From assembly GCA_041661765.1 (NCBI GenBank), contig JBAZTV010000001.1:7755-71754 (forward strand): 64,000 bases of DNA, given 5' to 3'. Shown piece by piece: positions 1-9,696 of the stretch; position 1 is the first letter of the stretch, and each line of letters opens with the position of its first letter. The notes under the pieces were generated by a model. That model was not told where the DNA came from, did no database searches, and saw nothing but the letters and a program-made list of their open reading frames with translations. A program made the translations under genes and the position numbers. Source of the stretch: Candidatus Shapirobacteria bacterium. Lineage in GTDB: Bacteria > Patescibacteriota > Microgenomatia > UBA12405.

Positions 1-5
1 TCTAT

Positions 6-3000
6 TTGAATACCACCGGTAATTATAATACTGCCAGTGGTTATTGGTCTCTCTACGCAAATAGAACTGGTTCTTACAACACCGCCCTTGGTTATTATGC
101 CCTTGGTGCTGGCACCACATTAAATGCCAACATTGCCGTTGGTTATCGAGCTGGTTTAAATCTATCCATCGGTTCCAGTAATATTTTCTTAGGTAATGAC
201 AATGGCGCCACTGGTGCTTATGATAATCGTCTTTATATTGGTAATGGTCAAAATCCAATTATTTATGGTAATTTAGCTAATAATAATATTAGTATTGGTA
301 CCACTGCCACAGGTGCCCGTCTCACTGTCCTTGGTAATAGCAATTCTGTTACTTCCGATTTCACTTTATTAAATGGCGATGGCACCGCCAATCTTGAAAT
401 CCGCACTGGATTAACTGATTTAAATAATATTTTTATTGGAACTGGAGTTGGTCAAACCAATACTACTGGTAGCGCAAATACCGCTAATGGTTCTGAATCA
501 CTTCGCAATAACACTACCGGCTCATATAACACTGCCAATGGTTATTATTCACTCAATCAAAACATATCTGGTAGTTTTAATACCTCTTTTGGTATGTATT
601 CTTTAGAAGATAACACCACTGGCTCATATAACACTGCTTTGGGTAATCAATCAATTTATAACAATAAAACCGGTAACTATAATACTGCTGTTGGTATTAA
701 CTCCCTCGGATTAGGAACCACTTTAAATTCCAATATTGGTCTTGGTATGATGGCTGGCTACAACCTTTCCATCGGTTCCAGTAACATTTTCCTAGGCAAC
801 AATAATGGTGCTACTGGTGCTTATGATAATCGTCTTTACATTGGTAATGGTCAAAACCCTGTTATTTATGGTGATTTAGCTTTAGGTAATATTGGTATCG
901 GCACCACCAACCCTCGTTTCAAAGCCGAAATCAATAATGCTCTTTATGTCAGTGCTTTAAATGTTGGCATTACTGTTGCTTCTGAAAGTTTTTCTGGAAC
1001 ATCATTTGCTCCCACAAATTACACCACTGGCGTGGGCGATAGTGCTTTTGTTCGAGACGTCGCTAATTATCAAGACACTGCCGGCTCAGCCACAAATGGT
1101 GCCGTTCCAGCGTGGGGTTTCGCTTGGATCGAGACCACTGTTAATATGCCATCCTATGGTTATGTTAATTATTGGTGGAAAGTAAGTTCAGAGGCTAGCT
1201 ACGATTTCTTAGTCGTTTGTGTTGATCGAAGCACTTGTAATCTTACAAATTACGATAGACGTATTTCTGGTACCGTAGATTGGACTCAAGTTAATATTGC
1301 ACTTGCCGCTGGCAGTCACACCATTCGATGGGGTTACGCTAAAGATGGCTATACTGTTGGTGGCACCGATCAAGGTTGGATTGATAATATTACATTTGGA
1401 CTTTCTAGTGGCAATATCTATACCGATGGTAATATTAGTATTGGTACTACTACTGCTAATGCTCGCCTCACTATACTCGGAGACAGTAATCCTCATACTT
1501 CCGACCTTACCTTATTAAATGCCGACGGTACCCCTGGTATTGAAATTCGCACCGATTTAACATGGAACTTGCGAAACACTTTTATTGGATATAATGTTGG
1601 TGCTTCCAATACTAGTGGTGATAATAATACTGCTCTAGGTGCTTATTCTTTTATAAATAACACTAGTGGTTTCGCTAATACTTCTGTTGGCCGTTTTTCT
1701 CTCTATGCTAATATCTCTGGTTTTGGCAATAATGCTTTTGGTAGTGCCGCCCTGTCCAACAACACCACTGGCTACGATAATATTGCTTTTGGGAACAATA
1801 CCCTTTCAGATAATTTATCAGGTCATGATAATATCGCTATTGGTAGTGTTTCTATGTGGAACAATATAACAGGTAATAAAAACGTCGCTTTAGGTAGTGA
1901 GTCACTCTATTACAACAATAGTGATGAAAATGTTGCTATTGGTTATTATTCTCTTAACGAAAACATTGGTGGAACTGGTAATTCTGCCTTAGGCAGTCAG
2001 TCTCTCAAAAACAACACTTCTGGTAATTACAATACCGCCAGTGGATATAAATCACTCTATTTTAGTAATAATGGTTCAAATAATACCGCTTTAGGTAGTT
2101 TTGCGGGTTACAATATTGGTAATGGTAGTAGTAATGTTTTCTTAGGTTACGAAGCTGGTTACAACGAAACTGGTTCCAATAAACTTTATATTGCAAATTC
2201 TCAAAACAATACTCTTATCTACGGTAGCTTTTCTACTGGCAATGTCAGTATTGGCACTACTGTCAACACTGCTCGTCTAACAATAAAAGGAGACAGTGAT
2301 GTTAATAACCCCGATTTTATTCTCCTAAATGCTGATAATAGTACCAATCTTCAAATCAGGACTGGATTAACAGATTTAAATAATATTTATATTGGAAAAG
2401 GATCTGGATGGACTAATACCACTGGTAGTTATAACACCTCTAATGGTTCATTTGCTTTAAGTGGTAATACTACTGGTTCTAACAATACTGCTAATGGTTC
2501 ATTTGCTTTAGCTAGTAATACAACCGGTTATCAAAACACCGCCAATGGTTCATCAGCTTTAGTCAATAACATTTCTGGTAACATTAATGTCGCAATGGGA
2601 TACCAATCCCTCTATACCAATACCATTGGAGGCGGAAATGTCGCCATTGGAAGTAACTCACTCACTCAGAATATTAATGGAAACTGGAACACTGCTGTCG
2701 GTGAAGCAGCCCTAACCAGCAACACTTCTGGTGTCTATAACACCGCTTATGGACAAGGCTCTCTCGGACAAAATAGTACTGGGTCCTACAACACCGTCAT
2801 CGGTTCTTTGGCTGGTTATAGTGTTGGTATTGGTAGTAGTAATGTTTTTCTAGGTTACCAAGCTGGTTACAATGAAACTGGTTCCAACAAACTTTATATT
2901 GCAAATTCTCAAAACAATGCTCTTGTCTATGGTGATTTTTCCTCTGGCAACATCAGTATCGGCACTACTATCAACACTGCCCGACTCACAATAAAAGGAG

Positions 3001-5345
3001 ACAGTGATTCCGCCACTTCCGATTTCACTTTATTAAATGGCGATGGCACTACTAGTCTTGAAATCAGAACTGGTATTGGTGATTCGGCAAATACATTTAT
3101 TGGAATCAATGTTGGTTCTTCTAATACCACCGGATATCGTAATACTGGCCTTGGTTACGGTTCCCTAAGATTAAATACCACCGGATATCGTAACACCGCC
3201 ATTGGTTATGGTTCTCTAAGATCCAATACAGAAGGTTTTGATAACCTTGCTTTTGGTAATAATTCACTTTTTTACAACACCACTGGTAGTTCCAATGCTG
3301 CTTTCGGTGGCGTTTCCCTATTTAATAACACCACCGGTAACTATAATTCTGCTGTTGGTGGTGGTTCACTTTCCTCCAACACCGAAGGTTTTAATAACTC
3401 TGCTTTTGGTTATAATTCACTTTTTTGGAACACCACCGGATACCGTAACTCTACTTTTGGTAGTAATTCACTTTCCTCCAACACAACTGGCAACAATAAT
3501 ACTTCTCTTGGTTATTTTGCCCTCGGTTTCGGTACCACTTTAAATTCCAACATTGCTATTGGCTACGAGGCTGGTATGAACCTTTCTGTTGGTTCCAGTA
3601 ATATCTTCTTAGGCAACAGCAACGGTGCTGGTGGTGCTTACAGTAATCGTCTCTACATTGGTAATGGTCAAAGTCCAATTATTTATGGCGATTTAAGCAC
3701 TGGCTACGTCGGCATCGGCACCACCGCCCCAGGCACTCCATTTGCCGTCGCTGGTCTTACTGGTACTACCAGTGGAAATTATCTTCGCTACTACAATAAT
3801 AATTTTTATTACTATTCCTCCTCTGCTCGTTATAAAGATAATATTGAAGTTTTTGATGATGATTTCTCTAAAATTCTCAATATTGAACCAAAAATATTTA
3901 CCGATAAAACCAGCGGTGAAAGAAATATTGGTTTTATTGCCGAAGAAATGGATGCTGCTGGTCTTAATCATCTAGTCACCTACAAAAATGGATTACCAGA
4001 TACTGTTGAATATCAATTAGTTTCTGCATACCTTCTTCAGCTGGCTAAACAACAAAAAATTAAAATTGACAACATTAATAATGATCTATCCCTCACTCAA
4101 ACTGGTCAAATTTCCGTCAACACCAATGTTTCCGATGAAGTCCTCTCTTCTCTTGGCTACGACGGTGCCAAAAATGAAATTGAAGCTGCCACTTATTCTC
4201 TAACCGACACTCTCGGCAACACCGTCTCTCGTATTTCTCAATTCAGTGAAATCGCTTCCGCCAAAATCAAAACCGGTCTCCTTTCCGCCACCAACATCAT
4301 TACCAAAAATATGGTCGCTGAAAAAATCGTTTCACCTTCGGCCGACATAGGTTCACTGAAGGCGGCCACTGCCACTGTTTCTGGCACTCTTTCCGCTAAT
4401 AAAATCGAAACCAACGATCTAGCCGCTAATACCGCTACAGTCTCCACTCTTTATGCCGACAACATTATTTCCAAAGAAGGTTCAATTGGTGAATTAATGA
4501 CCGCCAAAGTCAGTGCCCTCCGCGATGAACTTAAAAATTTAGTTGCCCTAAATACTCAGTCTTCCGGAGCTTCAGCGGAGGAGACCACCCTCACTGGCAC
4601 TTCCCTTCAATCTCAATCATCCACCTGGTCAATGAATATTGCCAGTGATTCGGCCAAAATAACCGGTGATCTCGAACTCGGCAACAACCTCATTGTTGGT
4701 GCTAAACTTACCGTCAATGGCGACACTCAACTCGGCAATGCCTTCATCACCGGCACTTTCACTGCCGGCGAAATCGCCATTAAAGATAATTTTATCGAAA
4801 CCACCAACACCGCTCTCTATATCCAGCCATCACAAACCGGTTCAGTCCACATCATGGGCGACACTTTAGTCATCGCCGAAAACGGCAATATTCAAATCAA
4901 CGGCAATTTAACTGTTTCCGGTTCCCTCATGGCCAACCTCATCGTCGCCGACGAAATCCAAGCCAATAAATTAACCGCCGCCCAAATAAATTCCAATGAA
5001 ATTAAAATTGCTACCGATTCTGCCCAAACCATCGTTGCCGAATCTGGTTTCGGACAAATCGCCACCTCCTCTGCCAAACTAACCTCCAATGCCACCGCCG
5101 GCACCGCCACCCTCCCATCCGGCAAAACTGAAATTGTTATTACCAACGACAAAATCACCGCCAACTCCATGGTCTACCTCACCCCAGTCGGTTCCACCAA
5201 CAACCAAGTCCCCTACATCAAAACCAAAATGGTTTATTCCGAAGCTGAATTACTCGCCGACCCCACCTTACAAAATTACTTCACCATCTCTCTTGATAAT
5301 TATTTAGATAAAGATATCCAAATCAATTGGTGGATTATTAATTAA
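6..5345 (+). CDS. Giant repeat-rich surface/fibre-like protein (more than 1779 aa; 5' end truncated by the window edge, first codon TTG is not a real start). It has an internal intramolecular-chaperone (peptidase S74-like) domain and a C-terminal WWIIN domain.
   Basis: One uninterrupted 5.3 kb ORF. There are hundreds of short NTxGxxN(T/S)A-type repeats and about 5 super-repeats of roughly 250 aa (LYIGNGQNP.IYG...ISIGTT...ARLT..GDS...DF.LLN.DGT..LEIRTGLTDLNN). The segment SSSARYKDNIEVF...ILNIEPKIFTDK...ERNIGFIAEEMD...LV.Y.NG.PDTVEYQLVSAYLLQLAKQQ matches the autoproteolytic chaperone domain of phage tail spikes/endosialidases. The protein ends in ...DKDIQINWWIIN. Confidence 0.7.
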   Translation: MNTTGNYNTASGYWSLYANRTGSYNTALGYYALGAGTTLNANIAVGYRAGLNLSIGSSNIFLGNDNGATGAYDNRLYIGNGQNPIIYGNLANNNISIGTTATGARLTVLGNSNSVTSDFTLLNGDGTANLEIRTGLTDLNNIFIGTGVGQTNTTGSANTANGSESLRNNTTGSYNTANGYYSLNQNISGSFNTSFGMYSLEDNTTGSYNTALGNQSIYNNKTGNYNTAVGINSLGLGTTLNSNIGLGMMAGYNLSIGSSNIFLGNNNGATGAYDNRLYIGNGQNPVIYGDLALGNIGIGTTNPRFKAEINNALYVSALNVGITVASESFSGTSFAPTNYTTGVGDSAFVRDVANYQDTAGSATNGAVPAWGFAWIETTVNMPSYGYVNYWWKVSSEASYDFLVVCVDRSTCNLTNYDRRISGTVDWTQVNIALAAGSHTIRWGYAKDGYTVGGTDQGWIDNITFGLSSGNIYTDGNISIGTTTANARLTILGDSNPHTSDLTLLNADGTPGIEIRTDLTWNLRNTFIGYNVGASNTSGDNNTALGAYSFINNTSGFANTSVGRFSLYANISGFGNNAFGSAALSNNTTGYDNIAFGNNTLSDNLSGHDNIAIGSVSMWNNITGNKNVALGSESLYYNNSDENVAIGYYSLNENIGGTGNSALGSQSLKNNTSGNYNTASGYKSLYFSNNGSNNTALGSFAGYNIGNGSSNVFLGYEAGYNETGSNKLYIANSQNNTLIYGSFSTGNVSIGTTVNTARLTIKGDSDVNNPDFILLNADNSTNLQIRTGLTDLNNIYIGKGSGWTNTTGSYNTSNGSFALSGNTTGSNNTANGSFALASNTTGYQNTANGSSALVNNISGNINVAMGYQSLYTNTIGGGNVAIGSNSLTQNINGNWNTAVGEAALTSNTSGVYNTAYGQGSLGQNSTGSYNTVIGSLAGYSVGIGSSNVFLGYQAGYNETGSNKLYIANSQNNALVYGDFSSGNISIGTTINTARLTIKGDSDSATSDFTLLNGDGTTSLEIRTGIGDSANTFIGINVGSSNTTGYRNTGLGYGSLRLNTTGYRNTAIGYGSLRSNTEGFDNLAFGNNSLFYNTTGSSNAAFGGVSLFNNTTGNYNSAVGGGSLSSNTEGFNNSAFGYNSLFWNTTGYRNSTFGSNSLSSNTTGNNNTSLGYFALGFGTTLNSNIAIGYEAGMNLSVGSSNIFLGNSNGAGGAYSNRLYIGNGQSPIIYGDLSTGYVGIGTTAPGTPFAVAGLTGTTSGNYLRYYNNNFYYYSSSARYKDNIEVFDDDFSKILNIEPKIFTDKTSGERNIGFIAEEMDAAGLNHLVTYKNGLPDTVEYQLVSAYLLQLAKQQKIKIDNINNDLSLTQTGQISVNTNVSDEVLSSLGYDGAKNEIEAATYSLTDTLGNTVSRISQFSEIASAKIKTGLLSATNIITKNMVAEKIVSPSADIGSLKAATATVSGTLSANKIETNDLAANTATVSTLYADNIISKEGSIGELMTAKVSALRDELKNLVALNTQSSGASAEETTLTGTSLQSQSSTWSMNIASDSAKITGDLELGNNLIVGAKLTVNGDTQLGNAFITGTFTAGEIAIKDNFIETTNTALYIQPSQTGSVHIMGDTLVIAENGNIQINGNLTVSGSLMANLIVADEIQANKLTAAQINSNEIKIATDSAQTIVAESGFGQIATSSAKLTSNATAGTATLPSGKTEIVITNDKITANSMVYLTPVGSTNNQVPYIKTKMVYSEAELLADPTLQNYFTISLDNYLDKDIQINWWIIN

Positions 5346-5493
5346 ACTCAATCTCCCTAAATCCCTCTTTGACAAGAGGGATTTAATAATATTATTTACC
5401 TCCCCCGTCTTGTCAAAGAAGGGGGCCGGGGGGAAGATTGAAACAATCGAGGGGTTTTGAACAAAATTAAAAATTAATTGTTAAACTAAATAT

Positions 5494-6807
5494 ATGCCTC
5501 AACAATTTACCCAAGAACAAATTGAAAAACTTAAAAATCTCGGAATCGAAGTTAATCCCAAAGACACTATTACCAACGAAAATCAACTCGCCGACTTATC
5601 CACTCCCCAACCAACCGAAACACCAAATTTACCTCCACTACCTCAACCAACCGAAACAGAAAATAATAATTTCTCCCCTTCCTCAAGGGGAGATGCGGCA
5701 AATGCCGAGAGGGGTTTAGACAAAAAAAAGACCCCTCCAGTTTTCCCTCTCCTGTCCATTTCCGGTCTCACCCTTCTCTCTTTCGGCGGTCTCGTTTTTT
5801 TAAAAGGCAATGGTTCCCAATCCAACAATCCATCTAAAATCACTCCTTCACCCGTCCGTAGTCAACAAGACGTAGGAGGGCCCACACAAGTACCTAAGTC
5901 TATCCAACATTATCTTTTAACATCACAACAATATTTTTCCCAAGCCGTTTCTAAACAATCCACTGATAATTCATCCTCTGTCGAACTACTTAATAATTCA
6001 ATTATAGCCGCAACTCAGGCAATAAAAGAATTCCCAGACGACTATCGTGGCTACCAACAACGAGGTAATATTTACCAGGCTCTTACTAGTTCAAAACCCG
6101 ATCTTTTAGATCAATCTATATCTGATTTTGCCTCTGCTTTCAAATTAAATTCCAACTCTGCTGAAATCACCCGTTCCCTCGCTTCACTTTATGCCAAAAA
6201 AGGTGATGCCAATAAAACTATTCTCTATTTAAACCAAACCGTTGCTCTCGAACCAACCAAAGCCCAAAATTTTTATGACCTTGCCAAAATCCAGCAACAA
6301 GTCGGTCTTCTTTCTCAAGCCCTCGACACTTACAGTAAACTAACCACTCTAATCACCGATCCAACCCAAAAAATCCAAGTCGAATCCGAAAAAGCTGCCC
6401 TCGAAAAACTAGTTGCTCAAAATCCACGCTCTTCCGAAGCTTCAGCGCAGGAGAGCCAAATTTTACCACCCATCGCCGCTCCATCTTCTCTCGACTCTCC
6501 AACTATTCAAGCCATGGGCGAAGGAGGTCTCATTATTGCTGCTCCCGAAGAAGACAAATCAATTACTGTCACCAACCAAACTGAATCAAATTCTCTTTCC
6601 GGAACCTCAATTATTTCCTCTGGCCAAAAAGAAATTACTATTCCCAACAACAATATTTCTTCTACTTCCCAAGTATATGTCACTGTTACAAAAGGTGGCA
6701 AAAATCAAAATCTCCAAGTCATTTCAAAATCAGAAAAATCTTTCATTGTCGGTCTCGATTCCCCAATTTCCGAAGACATCGAATTCAAATGGTGGATCAT
6801 TAATTAA
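5494..6807 (+). CDS. Membrane-anchored protein with a TPR-like helical region and a C-terminal roughly 60 aa domain homologous to the C-terminus of the upstream giant protein (ends EDIEFKWWIIN)
   Basis: ORF of 437 aa with one predicted TM helix (VFPLLSISGLTLLSFGGLVFL). Its C-terminal SQVYVTVTKGGKNQNLQVI...FIVGLDSPISEDIEFKWWIIN aligns to SMVYLTPVGSTNNQVPYI...FTISLDNYLDKDIQINWWIIN of the 6..5345 protein. An in-frame repeat insert gives SPSSRGDAANAERG near the N-terminus. Confidence 0.55.
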   Translation: MPQQFTQEQIEKLKNLGIEVNPKDTITNENQLADLSTPQPTETPNLPPLPQPTETENNNFSPSSRGDAANAERGLDKKKTPPVFPLLSISGLTLLSFGGLVFLKGNGSQSNNPSKITPSPVRSQQDVGGPTQVPKSIQHYLLTSQQYFSQAVSKQSTDNSSSVELLNNSIIAATQAIKEFPDDYRGYQQRGNIYQALTSSKPDLLDQSISDFASAFKLNSNSAEITRSLASLYAKKGDANKTILYLNQTVALEPTKAQNFYDLAKIQQQVGLLSQALDTYSKLTTLITDPTQKIQVESEKAALEKLVAQNPRSSEASAQESQILPPIAAPSSLDSPTIQAMGEGGLIIAAPEEDKSITVTNQTESNSLSGTSIISSGQKEITIPNNNISSTSQVYVTVTKGGKNQNLQVISKSEKSFIVGLDSPISEDIEFKWWIIN

Positions 6808-6815
6808 ACCCACCC

Positions 6816-7127
6816 CTAACCCCTCCCTTGACAAGGAGGGGAAATTAAATTTGCTAATTTATTTTTTACAATATTGATTTGATTTAATATTTCATCATTA
6901 GTAAATCTAATAGTTTTAATTCCAATTTGATATAAAAATTTATCTCTAGTTTCATCATATCCTTTCCTTTTGTTATGTGAACTTCCATCAATTTCTATTG
7001 CTAAATTTAATTCAGAACAATAAAAATCCAAGATAAAACGGTTTATTGGTTTTTGTCTTAAAAACTTATATCCTGTTTTTCTCTTCATTAAAATTTCTCT
7101 CCATATTTTTTCTTCAGTCATAAACAA
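6816..7127 (-). CDS. DUF559-like (Vsr/endonuclease-fold) domain protein; the C-terminal end runs into a palindromic repeat
   Basis: The motif FILDFYCSELNLAIEIDGSSH...RD.FL...GI.TIRFTNDEI resembles the DUF559 endonuclease-like domain. The ORF tail PPCQGRG is a translation of the CCTTGTCAAGGGAGG repeat. Confidence 0.45.
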   Translation of the reverse strand: MFMTEEKIWREILMKRKTGYKFLRQKPINRFILDFYCSELNLAIEIDGSSHNKRKGYDETRDKFLYQIGIKTIRFTNDEILNQINIVKNKLANLISPPCQGRG

Positions 7128-7247
7128 TTTTTTTTCTCATATTTTTATTCCCCTCCTTGTCAAGGGAGGGGTTAGGGGTGGGTTAAAACAACAAATTGAT
7201 TTTAAATAATTAGTAATATTTTTCACACTTTAATAATAAAGTTTTAA

Positions 7248-7300
7248 GCCTCCCTGTCAAGGGAGGTGGATTCCGATGTAATCGGAAGACGGAGGGTTTT
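7248..7300. repeat. Family-1 structured repeat: hairpin A (GCCTCCC-TGTCAA-GGGAGG), hairpin B (TGGATTCCGATGTAATCGGAAGAC), then GGAGGGTTTT
   Basis: Direct reading. The same three-part organisation recurs more than 40 times in the window, with a conserved loop and tail but variable stems. Confidence 0.8.
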
Positions 7301-7429
7301 AAAAAAAGATTAATTTCTCTCCTTGTTAAGGGGAGATACCGGTTTATCCGGAGAGAAGATTTAAAATAAAAGGTGTTTCCAAACCAAAAACCTCCCTTTC
7401 TTCAAGAGAGGTTTAACTTCTTTATTATT

Positions 7430-7472
7430 TCTCCCCTATCAAGGGGAGATGCGGCGAATGCCGAGAGGGGTT
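7430..7472. repeat. Family-1 repeat: TCTCCCC-TATCAA-GGGGAGA + GATGCGGCGAATGCCGAGA + GGGGTT (a near-identical copy lies inside the CDS at about 5680..5730)
   Basis: Direct reading. Confidence 0.8.
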
Positions 7473-7473
7473 C

Positions 7474-9579
7474 TTATTGTGCCGGTGCCACAGTTACCTC
7501 AGCAACCGTTGGTTGTGCAAACTGCTCAGCTGGCACTTCCACCTTTTGTTCACTTCCCACATCCGTAGCTGCTCCTTGCACCTGCCCATCCGCTGGTGCT
7601 TTTGGTTGTTCCACAGGTTGCATCTGTTCTACTGGCTGTGCCTGTTGTATTGTTTGTGTCTGATTTTTGGCCGCCTCTGCCTTAGCTGCTTCAACTGCCT
7701 TAGCCTGTTGTTCAGTTAATTTTGCCAATTCAGCCTTCCAAGTTTCTAATTCTTTCACCGCTGTTTCATAATCAGTCGAATCAGCCGACACCAAAGTCAA
7801 AGCTTGTTCTAATCTAGCCACCGCCGCAGCCAATTTATTTTGTTGCTTAGCCGCATAAGACCAATTGTACCAAGCATTAGCAAAATCAGCCTTATTTGTT
7901 GCTGCCTGTTCAAAAGCTCTCTCTGCTTGCTCATAACTACCAGCCGCATAAAGCAAACCACCCATATCTAAAGAATAAACCGGATTAACTGGATCCAAAA
8001 TCACTGTTTGTTGATAAGCCTGATAACTCCAATCAGCCGCTCCATCCACCAATCCAACCAAAGTCTTATAAATTCCCGCCAAATTATACCAATACTCTGG
8101 ATTTTTTTGATTCAATGAAATTGCTGCCTTTGCCTCTCGTACAGATTGTTGCACCAAAGTCGAAGCCTTTGTTTTATCATCATCACTAATATCTGTTTTA
8201 CTCAACAAAGTCTGGGCTAAAGACAAATTTACTTGAGAATATGTTTTTCTATAACTTGCTAAATTTGGATTAAATCCAATTGCTTTAATCTGCAATTCAT
8301 AAGTTTTAGTTCCATCATTTTTAGTTGCTGCCACCAACGACTTTCTCATATAAAAATCACCCAAAAACATTCTTCCTGCCCAAAAACTACCAAAACCCAC
8401 TCCTACCAAAACCAACACTGCCACAACATAAGGCATCACATTAAAATTCTTTTCACCCACATTCAAAATCAATTTACTCTCCTTAGTTACAAGAATATTA
8501 TTTGACAAAATCCACACTAATAAAAACACTGTCAATAAATTCAATGGCAATAATAAAGATATAGCCAAAAATAAAGCCAATTGTCCAACTTTAACTGTCT
8601 TCTTTAATCTCAAAACCATTGCAATTAAATAGAAAACTAAAACCAAACCCACCACCCCTAACTCAGTCCAAATTTGCAAAATTCCCATTGAAGAAGATGA
8701 AAATGATCCAGACCAGTAATTTGTCAAATTAAAACTCACTGGTTTAAATGAATTAAAAGCTTCCAAAAAGTTACCAATTCCCACCCCAAAAATCGGAGCC
8801 ACTTTAAAAGTTTCCGCCGCAATTACCCAGGCACTTTTAAAATCCAAAAATATCCACCCAGCTTTAAAAGCTCTATAAATATCCAGTAAAAATAAAAGCG
8901 AGAAAAAGATTGTAGCTCCTGCCTCCATCCAATAATCCTTTAAATCAGATTTTTCTTTCACTTTCTTCAATAACCCCTTTAACCATCCAAAGATTAAAAA
9001 AAGAAACAAAGTCACTTCAGCTAAAACTGAACCAGTCAAAGACCATGCCGCATTGATCGACAATAATGGATCAGTTTTTGGAATCAATAATGGTAATTTA
9101 CTTGCTGGCAACAAAAAAACTATTAATGAAATAATACCTGAAATCAATCCCGCAATTGTCAAAAACAAAAATTGCTTCTTAGTTTCTTCCTTATCATTAA
9201 CTTGAAGCCACACAAAAAACAAAATGAAAAAAGAAATAACCGTCCCCATTCCCATTGGATTCATCAAAGACACCATCTTTGATCCAGTATCAAGTCTAAA
9301 AAACGTCACACCCGACCAAATCACAAAAATTAAAAACAACCAAAAAAGTTTATTTGTCTTTACTGTTTTTTCTTTATCAGTTATCAATTTGACTGTCCAT
9401 AAAATTAATGCCACAAAAGCCATCATTGCCAATGCTAAATTTTTTCCAAAACCAAACCCATCCAACACAACCGGAATAAAAACAATTGGGAAAATTAAAA
9501 AAATTGATCGGACAAAATATTTTAAAATGGTGTTCATAGATTCAGCATAACAAAAGCATTTTTTTTTGACAATCATCAA
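7474..9579 (-). CDS. Polytopic membrane protein with an O-antigen-ligase-like (Wzy_C-type) N-terminal domain and a C-terminal TPR/coiled-coil region
   Basis: ORF of 701 aa with 10 or more hydrophobic helices in the first roughly 430 aa, then TPR-like W/Y-rich helices (PEYWYNLAGIYK, AWYNWSYAAKQQ) and an A/E/K-rich coiled coil. Confidence 0.55.
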   Translation of the reverse strand: MMIVKKKCFCYAESMNTILKYFVRSIFLIFPIVFIPVVLDGFGFGKNLALAMMAFVALILWTVKLITDKEKTVKTNKLFWLFLIFVIWSGVTFFRLDTGSKMVSLMNPMGMGTVISFFILFFVWLQVNDKEETKKQFLFLTIAGLISGIISLIVFLLPASKLPLLIPKTDPLLSINAAWSLTGSVLAEVTLFLFLIFGWLKGLLKKVKEKSDLKDYWMEAGATIFFSLLFLLDIYRAFKAGWIFLDFKSAWVIAAETFKVAPIFGVGIGNFLEAFNSFKPVSFNLTNYWSGSFSSSSMGILQIWTELGVVGLVLVFYLIAMVLRLKKTVKVGQLALFLAISLLLPLNLLTVFLLVWILSNNILVTKESKLILNVGEKNFNVMPYVVAVLVLVGVGFGSFWAGRMFLGDFYMRKSLVAATKNDGTKTYELQIKAIGFNPNLASYRKTYSQVNLSLAQTLLSKTDISDDDKTKASTLVQQSVREAKAAISLNQKNPEYWYNLAGIYKTLVGLVDGAADWSYQAYQQTVILDPVNPVYSLDMGGLLYAAGSYEQAERAFEQAATNKADFANAWYNWSYAAKQQNKLAAAVARLEQALTLVSADSTDYETAVKELETWKAELAKLTEQQAKAVEAAKAEAAKNQTQTIQQAQPVEQMQPVEQPKAPADGQVQGAATDVGSEQKVEVPAEQFAQPTVAEVTVAPAQ

Positions 9580-9696
9580 AATAGCTCTTTCCCCGCACTT
9601 TTATCGCTTTAAAAATCCACCCCTGCCCCTCCTTTGACAAAAGGAGGGAAAATTCCCCTTTAGTCAAAGGGGAAAGCGGCGAAGCCGAAGGGGATT

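Noticed and set aside
961-5307. Short ORFs overlapping or antisense to the giant 6..5345 gene (961..1185, 1209..1496, 1297..1518, 1666..1869, 2927..3130, 3238..3543, 3693..3975, 4238..4447, 4666..4869, 4892..5170, 5089..5307)
   Set aside because: Low-complexity translations of the repeat-rich coding strand or its complement. The long ORF is the coherent reading.
6413-6877. ORF 6413..6877 overlapping the 3' end of the 5494..6807 gene in another frame
   Set aside because: Alternative-frame read of a real gene, ending in repeat-encoded PNPSLDKEG. It is not independent.
7373-7719. ORFs 7373..7663 and 7477..7719 (Cys-rich and Leu-rich translations)
   Set aside because: They are translations of a family-1 repeat followed by the antisense strand of the 7474..9579 gene. 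No supporting features.
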